Origin: Bacteroidia bacterium
Lineage (GTDB): Bacteria > Bacteroidota > Bacteroidia > UBA4408
Length of the DNA stretch: 64,000 nucleotides
Reading direction: 5' to 3'
Assembly (NCBI GenBank): GCA_020845635.1
Contig: JADLFI010000001.1
Coordinates: 1,256-65,255 of the forward strand
Each line of letters opens with the position of its first letter. Positions within the stretch are counted from its first letter, which is position 1. This document shows positions 9,476 through 17,509 of the stretch, one piece after another. The notes under the pieces are model-generated. The model was not told the origin of the DNA, did no database searches, and worked only from the letters and a program-made list of their open reading frames with translations. The position numbers were made by a program, and so were the translations under genes.

Positions 9476-10876
9476 TTATGAATTAGATTTTAACCTGCTT
9501 GTAAGCTGACTGATGGTAATCATCTCTTGTGTACCGGTTTTCATATTTTTGACAGATACTTTTTCTTGATTCACTTCTTCTTCTCCAATAATAACAACAT
9601 AGGGAATGTGTAACGAGTCGGCATATTCAAACTGCTTCTTCATTTTTACCTCCTCGGGATAATATATGGCCGATATTCCATGTTGTCGCAAACTAAATAG
9701 TAATTTCAAGTTGTTTGATTTATAAGTTTCACCAAAATTAGCAAGCATAGCCTTTGTACCATGACTGTACGATTCAGGAAATAGTTTTAATTCCTCAAGT
9801 ACATCATAAATACGGTCGGCCCCGAATGATATACCTACGCCCGAAAGTCCCGGTAAACCAAATATTCCGGTTAAATCATCATAGCGACCGCCACCTGAAA
9901 GACTACCGGTGAAATTACTTGATGGTTCGTTAAGTTTTACTTCAAAAATAGCTCCGGTGTAATAGTTCAAACCTCGTGCTAAAGTAATATCAAATTCAAA
10001 TCGAGCCGAGTGTAAAGGTATTTCCATAACCATATCAAAAATACTTTTTAACTCTTCAATTCCCTTTTTTCCTGTGGCTGTATTGCCTGTTAACTGATTA
10101 AGATATTCGCAGGTTTCATCGCCCATGGCAGTTATGGGTTTAAAGTGCAATAAGGGTTTTATTTTTTCTAAGGCATCACTGCTTAATCCCTTTTGTACCA
10201 ATTCTTCCACCACTTTGTCAAGTCCAATCTTATCTAATTTGTCAATGGCTACAGTAATATCGGTTATTTTATCGGAAGCGCCAATATACTCGGCAATACC
10301 TGAAAGAATTTTGCGGTTATTAACCTTAATGGTAACTCTTAAATTTAATTTGGTAAACACTTCATCAAGTATTTGTACCAGTTCAAATTCATTGAATAAT
10401 GAGTTACTTCCTATGATATCAGCATCGCACTGGTAAAACTCTCTGTATCGTCCTTTTTGTGGGCGGTCGGCACGCCATACCGGTTGTATCTGATAGCGCT
10501 TAAAAGGGAAACTTATTTCATGTTTGTGCATAACTACATACCGAGCAAAGGGCACCGTAAGATCATATCGCAAGGCTTTTTCCGAAATTAGAGGAAGTAT
10601 TTTTCGAGCGCTCTCGGCAGTTGACTCCATCTGTGTTGTATCTACCTTTTCCAGATAATTACCCGAGTTAAGCACTTTAAAAATAAGCCTGTCGCCTTCC
10701 TCGCCATATTTTCCGGTAAGCGTATTCAGGTTTTCCATGGCGGGTGTTTCTAAAGGTAAAAATCCATACCGTCCAAAACAGTTTTTAATAATCTCAAAAA
10801 TATAGTTTCTTTTAATCATCTCTGATGGGGAAAAATCCCGCATCCCTTTAGGTATTGATGGTTTTATGTTAGCCAC
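9476..10876 (-). CDS. hisS: histidine--tRNA ligase (GTG start)
   Basis: PKGMRDF, LRYDLTVPFAR, RADRPQKGRYREFYQCD, LARGLNYYTG, GGGRYD. Confidence 0.97.
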   Translation of the reverse strand: MANIKPSIPKGMRDFSPSEMIKRNYIFEIIKNCFGRYGFLPLETPAMENLNTLTGKYGEEGDRLIFKVLNSGNYLEKVDTTQMESTAESARKILPLISEKALRYDLTVPFARYVVMHKHEISFPFKRYQIQPVWRADRPQKGRYREFYQCDADIIGSNSLFNEFELVQILDEVFTKLNLRVTIKVNNRKILSGIAEYIGASDKITDITVAIDKLDKIGLDKVVEELVQKGLSSDALEKIKPLLHFKPITAMGDETCEYLNQLTGNTATGKKGIEELKSIFDMVMEIPLHSARFEFDITLARGLNYYTGAIFEVKLNEPSSNFTGSLSGGGRYDDLTGIFGLPGLSGVGISFGADRIYDVLEELKLFPESYSHGTKAMLANFGETYKSNNLKLLFSLRQHGISAIYYPEEVKMKKQFEYADSLHIPYVVIIGEEEVNQEKVSVKNMKTGTQEMITISQLTSRLKSNS

Positions 10877-10903
10877 AAACAGTTATTTTAATTATTACTG
10901 CTG

Positions 10904-10911
10904 CAAAAATA
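10904..10911 (-). promoter_or_regulatory. -7 promoter element for the hisS-hutH operon
   Basis: TATTTTTG 27 nt upstream of the GTG. Confidence 0.5.
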
Positions 10912-11071
10912 AGATTAAAATCTGAATAGAAATTAACATTTCTTATTTATCAATTCTCAAAATACTTTTACTGTTTTTACAAACTGCTTGCTATTTAACT
11001 ATGAAATTATTAGGGGAGAAAGCGGTCATCAACTTTAAAAAATATTAATACAAGTTGCCGTATTTATTGAT

Positions 11072-11079
11072 TAACTTTG
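11072..11079 (+). promoter_or_regulatory. -7 promoter element for the ABC exporter
   Basis: TAACTTTG just upstream of ATG 11090. Confidence 0.5.
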
Positions 11080-11089
11080 TCATATCTTT

Positions 11090-12889
11090 ATGAAAGCCCT
11101 AAAACATCTCAATAAATATTTTTATAAGTATAAGTATCATCTTTTGGGAGGAATAATATTTATTATTTGTTCCAACTTATTTGCTATTTATCCGGCACAG
11201 GTTACTCGATACACAATTGATTATTTGTATGAGGCTGTTTGGCTAAACAAACAAATTAACGGAACTAATTTATCTGACCATACTTTTCCGGTTTTCTTTA
11301 AGGTGTTTTTTGTATTCTTTCTTATCATTGTGGCTTCCACCTTAATTAAAGGCGTTTTTATGTTTTTTATGCGGCAAACTATTATTGTAATGAGCCGCCA
11401 TATTGAGTTTGACCTAAAAAATGAAATATATCATCACTATCAGGAACTTTCACTTTCGTTTTACAAAAAAAACAGAACGGGCGATTTGATGGCAAGAATT
11501 AGCGAGGATGTTAGTCAGGTTCGCATGTATATTGGTCCGGCAGTAATGTACACCATTAATTTAACCATGCTTTTTATATTGGTTATTTCCGTAATGATTA
11601 GTGTAAATTCGTATCTTACCTTTTTGGTATTGCTGCCTTTGCCTTTTTTATCCTTAAGCATTTATTTTATCAGTAATATCATTAACAGGCGCAGTAGTAG
11701 GGTACAGAAGCAGCTCTCCAACTTATCATCTGCCAGTCAAAGTGCCTTTGCCGGGATAAGAGTAATAAAATCTTTTAACCGCGAAGAACAAAGTATTCGT
11801 CAATATTTAACCGAATCGCTTTTATTTAAAAAACTGTCTTTGCGTTTAATGTTGGCCGATTCTTTATTTACTCCCTCCATTACTTTACTTATAGGTTTGA
11901 GCACCATTACTACTATTTACATAGGCGGTATGCTTTATATTGAAGGCAATATTAGCTTAGGAAATATTGCCGAATTTGTACTCTATGTGAATATGCTTAC
12001 TTGGCCCGTAACATCTATTGGTTGGGTAAGTTCAATTATTCAAAAGGCTTCGGTATCTCAACAAAGAATAAATGAGTTTTTGAATACCAAGGAAATTATC
12101 CCGAGCGGAAATATAGCTTTACCTGTTGATGCTGAAACCGAAATAGAGTTCAGAAATGTTTCGTTTACCTATCCTGAATCAGGTATTGCTGCTTTAAAAC
12201 AAGTAAGCTTTAAAATAAAAGCCGGAAGCAGTTTAGGAATTACCGGAAAAACAGGTTGTGGTAAAACCACCATAGCCTTGCTGTTAACACGTATGTATGA
12301 CCCCGATGAAGGCGAAATTCTAATTAATGACATAAATATTAAAGAGTACAAAATAACCGACCTGCGCAACTATATTGCCTATGTTCCGCAAGATGTATTT
12401 TTATTTTCTGATACGATATATAACAATATAGTTTTTGGCCTGACCGAAAGCGAGAAAGACAATATGCAGGCGGTGGAGAAAGCCGCACATGATGCTGATG
12501 TTTTAGATAATATCAAAGGCTTCCCTCAAGGTTTTGAAACTATGGTTGGCGAAAGAGGTGTTTCTTTGAGTGGTGGACAGAAACAGAGAATAAGCATAGC
12601 ACGTGCTTTAATAAAAAAATCTAAACTGTTAATTTTAGACGACTGTTTGAGTGCTGTAGATACGGGTACCGAAAATGTTATTCTGAATAATCTAATGAAT
12701 AAGTATGCCGATAGACAGGTTATTTATATAAGTCACCGAATAAGCACCTTGCAGCAGGCACACCACATATTGGTTATTGCCGATAATCGAATTAAAGAAC
12801 AAGGTAACCATAAACAACTTATGGCTTTGCAAGGCGAGTATTATGAACAATATATGGCGCAACAATTACATAGCGAAATTCAGGCTTAA
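11090..12889 (+). CDS. ABC exporter, fused permease/ATPase (MsbA/MdlA-like)
   Basis: TM domain, Walker A GKTGCGKT, LSGGQKQR signature, ILDD Walker B. Confidence 0.92.
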   Translation: MKALKHLNKYFYKYKYHLLGGIIFIICSNLFAIYPAQVTRYTIDYLYEAVWLNKQINGTNLSDHTFPVFFKVFFVFFLIIVASTLIKGVFMFFMRQTIIVMSRHIEFDLKNEIYHHYQELSLSFYKKNRTGDLMARISEDVSQVRMYIGPAVMYTINLTMLFILVISVMISVNSYLTFLVLLPLPFLSLSIYFISNIINRRSSRVQKQLSNLSSASQSAFAGIRVIKSFNREEQSIRQYLTESLLFKKLSLRLMLADSLFTPSITLLIGLSTITTIYIGGMLYIEGNISLGNIAEFVLYVNMLTWPVTSIGWVSSIIQKASVSQQRINEFLNTKEIIPSGNIALPVDAETEIEFRNVSFTYPESGIAALKQVSFKIKAGSSLGITGKTGCGKTTIALLLTRMYDPDEGEILINDINIKEYKITDLRNYIAYVPQDVFLFSDTIYNNIVFGLTESEKDNMQAVEKAAHDADVLDNIKGFPQGFETMVGERGVSLSGGQKQRISIARALIKKSKLLILDDCLSAVDTGTENVILNNLMNKYADRQVIYISHRISTLQQAHHILVIADNRIKEQGNHKQLMALQGEYYEQYMAQQLHSEIQA

Positions 12890-12985
12890 ATTCAAGAGTG
12901 GTGCAAAAAAATTTATTAATTATTTTCATCAATTTTATTTATTTGAAAATATATTTCAATATTCGCAGCTAAATATAAGCACCTC

Positions 12986-14425
12986 ATGAACCAAACCAAC
13001 CAACTGCAACAAACCAATTACAAAGCCTTAACATCATTGGTTACGGTATTCTTTTTTTGGGGCTTTGTAGCTGCCAGTAACGATATTTTAATTCCTGTAT
13101 TTAAAAGTGCATTCTCTTTAACCCAAAGGCAAAGTCAGTTGGTGTCTTTTGCGTTCTATATTGCTTACACTGTTGGTTCTATTATATATATGCTTATTTC
13201 TTTAGCGATAAAGCAAGATTTAATAAACAAAATGGGTTATAAAAATAGTTTGGCTTTGGGTTTATTTATTTCAGCTTTAGGTACTTTGTTGTTTTATCCG
13301 GCAGCAAACTTACATTCCTACCCATTAATGCTCATGGGCTTGTTTGTGGTGGCACTTGGTTTCTCATTACAGCAAACCGTGGCTAATCCCTTAGCTATTT
13401 CATTAGGCCCTCACCAAACCGGAGCCAACCGATTAACTTTGGCAGGAGGTATCAATAATTTTGGAACAAGTATAGGACCTTTAATTATCAGCTATGCTAT
13501 TTTTGGTTCTTCTACAAATACAGAAACCACAATGAACATTGAAGGGGTAAAAATTCCTTACCTTATTTTAGGCATTGCTTTTTTGTTGGTGGCGCTTATG
13601 TTGAAATTTTCTAAAATTCCCAACCACCCCGATGATGTTCAGGAAGATGTAAAAAGGAATGAACACGATCGCAAGTCGGCACTTCAATACCCGCAATTAG
13701 TGTTAGGAATGATAGCTATCTTTGTTTATGTTGGGGTAGAAGTTTCAACTGCAAGCAATTTGCCCTACTATATGGAACAAAAATTACATATAGAAACGCA
13801 GTACATTGCTCCTTATATTTCATTGTATTGGGCAAGTTTAATGATTGGTCGTTGGTCGGGTGCGGTGGAAGTATTAAGTGCCAAAAAGGAGGTTCAGCGC
13901 TTGTTGAAAATAGTTATGCCTTATTTGGCATTTGCAGCTTTTTTGCTTATAAACATTATTGCCGGCCATAACCTGGCGCCTTTTTATATGTATGCCGGTG
14001 TAATTATTTTATTGATTATTGCCGATATGATGAGTAATGGAAACCCTATACGTATGTTGTTGCTGTTTTCTATTATGGGGGCTTTGGGAATTCTTGTTGG
14101 AATGAATGCCGGGGGTATGATTAGTGTGTATGCCTTTACCAGCGTGGGTTTGTTTTGCAGCACTTTGTGGCCTTGCATTTTTGCACTCGCTATTAGCGGT
14201 TTAGGAAAAAATACAAGTCAGGGGAGCAGTTTTTTAATTATGATGATAATGGGTGGTGGAGTAGTTAGCTGGATACAAGGTTACGTAGCCGATAAAACAG
14301 ATATTGAAACAAGCTATTGGGTTGGTGTAATATGTTTCTTATATCTTATTTTTTATGCCATTGCCGTTAAACGCATTTTACATTTGCAAGGTATAAGTTA
14401 TGAAACCAACCAACTAAGCCACTAA
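12986..14425 (+). CDS. MFS sugar permease, FucP/GluP family
   Basis: VFFFWGF...NDILIP, LQQTVANP, YVGVEV, LWPCIFALA motifs; 12 or more TM segments. Confidence 0.88.
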   Translation: MNQTNQLQQTNYKALTSLVTVFFFWGFVAASNDILIPVFKSAFSLTQRQSQLVSFAFYIAYTVGSIIYMLISLAIKQDLINKMGYKNSLALGLFISALGTLLFYPAANLHSYPLMLMGLFVVALGFSLQQTVANPLAISLGPHQTGANRLTLAGGINNFGTSIGPLIISYAIFGSSTNTETTMNIEGVKIPYLILGIAFLLVALMLKFSKIPNHPDDVQEDVKRNEHDRKSALQYPQLVLGMIAIFVYVGVEVSTASNLPYYMEQKLHIETQYIAPYISLYWASLMIGRWSGAVEVLSAKKEVQRLLKIVMPYLAFAAFLLINIIAGHNLAPFYMYAGVIILLIIADMMSNGNPIRMLLLFSIMGALGILVGMNAGGMISVYAFTSVGLFCSTLWPCIFALAISGLGKNTSQGSSFLIMMIMGGGVVSWIQGYVADKTDIETSYWVGVICFLYLIFYAIAVKRILHLQGISYETNQLSH

Positions 14426-14514
14426 TTAATGCAATAAGAAGTATTGTCTGCCTTTTGATTGTGCGTTGGTGTTTGCCTTTTTTTCTTGTATGACTTGTTT
14501 GTTCTAATTTGTTC

Positions 14515-14633
14515 AATTACGAATTATTAATTATGAATTATGAATTACGAATTACGAATTGTTAATTACGAATTATGAATTACGAATTATGAATTATGAA
14601 TTACGAATTACGAATTATGAATTACGAATTACG
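14515..14633 (+). repeat. heptamer tandem array, 17 x AATTA(C/T)G-type units
   Basis: Parses cleanly into 17 units (aattacg, aattatg, plus one aattatt and one aattgtt); the last unit contains the TAA stop of the adjacent gene. Confidence 0.97.
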
Positions 14634-14982
14634 ATTTTTTTATTGTTGTTTGAATTTTTCCAATTATTCTACAAATTTCTTCACTGTCATTTATTAAACT
14701 ATCTGCCATTTCTTTCGACAAATAATCTGTTGCATATAGTAATTTTATCCAATACAAAGTTTCTCTAGCTTCTTTGTAGGCAATTGAAATTTTTGAAATA
14801 AAATCTGCTTTTGATTGCCCACCAATCGCTTCTTCTACATTTGCTCCAATAGATGTACCGCTTCGAAGCAGTTGTTTTGATAACACAAACTCTTTCTTTT
14901 CATTCCTTAAGATTTTATATGTGTTTACAATTCTAATTGCAAATGCAAAACTTTTTGTTTGAATAACGTTGTCCTCTTTCAT
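14629..14982 (-). CDS. four-helix-bundle protein (TIGR02436 / 23S-IVS-protein-like), copy 1, 117 aa
   Basis: KSFAFAIRIV...SKQLLRSGTSIGANVEEA...S.ADFISK.SI..KEARET.YWI.LL family pattern; start placed at ATG 14982 by alignment with copy 2. Confidence 0.9.
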   Translation of the reverse strand: MKEDNVIQTKSFAFAIRIVNTYKILRNEKKEFVLSKQLLRSGTSIGANVEEAIGGQSKADFISKISIAYKEARETLYWIKLLYATDYLSKEMADSLINDSEEICRIIGKIQTTIKKS

Positions 14983-14984
14983 TT

Positions 14985-15005
14985 CGTAATTTTTAATTCG
15001 TAATT
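14985..15005 (-). repeat. heptamer array, 3 units, inverted relative to 14515-14633
   Basis: Minus strand aattacg-aattaaa-aattacg, ending 2 nt before the ATG of copy 1. Confidence 0.85.
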
Positions 15006-15064
15006 GTTTCAACTCCCCAAACTTCACTGATTTTGTCTTTTATTTTTTGTTCAAAGATTTCAAA
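14993..15064 (-). pseudogene. orphan 3' end of a second M-S allele
   Basis: Translates as FEIFEQKIKDKISEVWGVETITN*, parallel to the M-S end ...QNQIKSVIDKVWGINENK*; an in-frame stop lies immediately upstream. Confidence 0.7.
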
Positions 15065-15069
15065 TTAAT

Positions 15070-15111
15070 AAATACGAATTACGAATTGTTAATTACGAAT
15101 TACGAATCACG
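15070..15111 (+). repeat. heptamer array, 6 units
   Basis: aaatacg-aattacg-aattgtt-aattacg-aattacg-aatcacg; the last unit contains the TGA stop of copy 2. Confidence 0.92.
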
Positions 15112-15460
15112 AGTGTTTCATTGTTATTTGAATTTTTCCGATAATTCTACAAATTTCTTCACAGTCATTTATTAAACTTTCTGCCATTTCTTTCGACAAA
15201 TAGTCTGTTGCATTTAGTAATTTTATCCAATACAAAGTTTCTCTAGCTTCTTTGTAGGTAATTGAAATTTTTGAAATAAAATCTGCTTTTGATTGCCCAC
15301 CAATGGCTTCTTCTACATTTGCTCCAATAGATGTACCGCTTCGAAGCAGTTGTTTTGATAACACAAACTCTTTCTTTTCATTCCTTAAGATTTTATATGT
15401 GTTTACAATTCTAATTGCAAATGCAAAAGACTTTTCTTGTATTACATTATTTGTTTTCAT
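15107..15460 (-). CDS. four-helix-bundle protein (TIGR02436-like), copy 2, 117 aa
   Basis: 107/117 aa identical to copy 1; its start overlaps the last 14 nt of the M-S frame. Confidence 0.9.
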   Translation of the reverse strand: MKTNNVIQEKSFAFAIRIVNTYKILRNEKKEFVLSKQLLRSGTSIGANVEEAIGGQSKADFISKISITYKEARETLYWIKLLNATDYLSKEMAESLINDCEEICRIIGKIQITMKHS

Positions 15461-15509
15461 TTATTCCCCAAACTTTATCAATTACAGATTTTATTTGATT
15501 TTGCTTCTC

Positions 15510-15537
15510 TGTAATTTTTAATTTGTAATTCGTAATT
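15510..15537 (-). repeat. heptamer array, 4 units, inside the M-S C-terminal helix (EITNYKLKITE)
   Basis: Minus strand aattacg-aattaca-aattaaa-aattaca. Confidence 0.85.
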
Positions 15538-16019
15538 TCTACCTCATAGCCTTCTATTTCGGCTACTATTTGTTGTTGTATTTCAAGTGGCGGAAGGGGG
15601 ATTTCTATTTCTGCTAAATCACTAGCAGTTATACTTGGATATTGTCCTTTACCACTCATCGCTACCATTTGTTCAACAATAACATCTTGATTTAATACAT
15701 AGTAAAGATACCTTCCTAAAACATTTTCATTTTCTGAAAGTACAGCAAACCCTGTTGAAGCAATGCAATTTTAGGAACATTTTCCATATATGCAAATGCT
15801 CTTAAATTTGGTCTTACTGTCGATACTAGAACATCACCATTTTTTACAACTCGTCTTGCTCTACTTGGCGCTTCATTAGGATTTATCCATTTGTTGAAAG
15901 AAACTTTTCCTGTTCCATTTTCAACTGCTTCAATATCGATATAAGCAAACGGCTCATTCTTAAAGATTTTTATTGGGTCAATTGCTTGTGAATTTATTTT
16001 GACAACATCACCAAGTTTC

Positions 16020-16054
16020 ACTAATTCGTAATTCGTAATTTTTAATTCTTCATT
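16020..16054 (-). repeat. heptamer array, 5 units, at the methyltransferase/TRD junction (NEELKITNYELV)
   Basis: Minus strand aatgaag-aattaaa-aattacg-aattacg-aattagt. Confidence 0.85.
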
Positions 16055-16135
16055 CTTAAAATACCTTTCACCACTCAACACCACATCTTTATTCGCTAAA
16101 ACCGTTTCCTTTTCAACCAAAGTTGCCATTTTTTC

Positions 16136-16241
16136 AATTACGAATGATGAATTACCAATTACGGTTTTCAAGGCAGTAAATATTTCATCTTTTGTAATTT
16201 CTAATTCGTAATTTGTAATTATTTCCTTGTAATTCGTAATT
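16136..16241. repeat. in-frame inverted heptamer pair inside hsdM (4-unit arm, 29-nt loop, 6-unit arm)
   Basis: Arms at 16136-16163 and 16193-16241; 22/28 matches in the inner register; translated AITNYKEIITNYELEITK...VIGNSSFVI. Confidence 0.85.
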
Positions 16242-16831
16242 GCCTCCAAAGCGGCAGGTAAATCGTTTTTATCAATTATTCTGCGTTGTGCTCCAAGGTC
16301 AAAACCATCGTTTTCAATTTTCAAAAACAAAATGTGTTGGCTTTTCTTCGCTAACTTTTTATCTAAAATCAATACACTTGTTTTTACTCCGCTATAGGGT
16401 TGAAACACGCCTGCGGGCAAACTAATCACGGCTATTAAACTATCTTGCACCAACATTTTTCGCAATTGTTTGTAAGCGGTTTGGCTGGTGGCTACTATGC
16501 CGTTGGGTACTACAATTCCTGCACGTCCGTTGCTGTTCAGGTGTTCGGCAATGTAATCGGTAAACAACACTTCGGCTTTGTTGGCTTGTACGCCAAATTT
16601 CTTGTGTGGTCGTATGCCACCTTTTGGTGTCATAAAGGGCGGGTTTGCCAATATCACATCAAAGGTTTCCTGCCAACGGTCTTCACTGCTCAAGGTATCG
16701 TATTCGTGTATTTGCGGTGTAGCAAAGCCGTGTAAATACATATTTGCTAAACTCAACCGCACCATATCGGGGCTAATGTCGTAACCCACTATGTTTTGCC
16801 CAAGTTTTCTGCGTTCGTCAGGTGTTAAGCC

Positions 16832-16907
16832 AATCACGAATTTAGAATTACGAATTGCGGGTTTGTTTTTGTCGCTGTTTGTAATTGGTAATTCGTCATT
16901 TTTAATT
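16832..16907. repeat. in-frame inverted heptamer pair inside hsdM (4-unit arm, 20-nt loop, 4-unit arm)
   Basis: Arms at 16832-16859 and 16880-16907; 19/28 matches; translated IKNDELPIT...AIRNSKFVI. Confidence 0.8.
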
Positions 16908-17509
16908 GAATTATTTAAGATGTGTTTGTATGCACTCAACAAGAAACCGGCCGTTCCGCAAGCAGGATCAAGCACAGTTTCGTTTTTCTGTGGGTTTACA
17001 CAAGCAGTTACAAAATCAATAATGTGTCGGGGTGTTCTAAACTGTCCTGCATCGCCTTGGCTTCCCATTACACTCAACAGATACTCAAAAGCATCGCCCA
17101 ACTTTTCGCTGTGGCTGTATTCGAACTCGTTGATGTATTTTAAAAATAGTTTCAGCGTGGCAGGGTCACGGTAGGGCAGGTAAGCATTTTTAAAAATGTT
17201 TCGGAACAGTTCGGGAATATTCGGATTGGTGTTTAGTTTTTCCAATGCCTCACTGTAAAGCGAAAGCATATCCTGTCCGCTTAATGATGGGTCGAATAAT
17301 TTACGCCAACCGTATTTGGCATAATTGCCTGTAAAAAACTTGGCTTTGCCTTTAAATTTCTCCACGGCTTCCTTATCCATATCGTCCATAAACTTATAGA
17401 TAAGAGCTAATGTAATTTGCTCAATTTGGCTTTTGGGGTCGGGCACTTTGCCTACCAGCACATCGCGGCAATCATCAATATTTTTTTTGGTTATGTTGTC
17501 GAGCATAGT

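Larger units (their letters stand above)
15447..17506 (-). pseudogene. hsdM: Type I-like N6-adenine methyltransferase fused to one specificity domain (M-S), split by a 1-bp deletion near 15769-15772
   Basis: GQFRTPRH, VLDPACGTAGFL (motif I), ILANPPF (motif IV); TRD begins LVKLGDV. Adding one A to the A4 run restores ...VPKNCIASTGFAVL...IPLPPLEIQQQIV...VWG as a single 686-aa ORF. An assembly error cannot be excluded. Confidence 0.85.

Noticed and set aside
14559-14768. 69-aa ORF with NYELRIT repeats
   Set aside because: It is the stop-free translation of the heptamer array and runs antisense into the four-helix-bundle gene.
14983-15027. Longer ORF-track starts (15027, 49736, 54908, 58835, 61717)
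   Set aside because: The extensions run through repeats or overlap upstream genes or promoter elements. Downstream ATGs (14982, 49823, 55010, 58781, 61774) fit paralog alignment, signal peptides or -7 elements better.
14629-15460. Four-helix-bundle genes as DGR Avd, with the two copies as TR/VR
   Set aside because: No reverse transcriptase is in the window. The differences are clustered at the ends and are not confined to adenines of one copy.
14629-15460. 23S rRNA intervening sequence
   Set aside because: No rRNA sequence flanks the genes; only the architecture is analogous.
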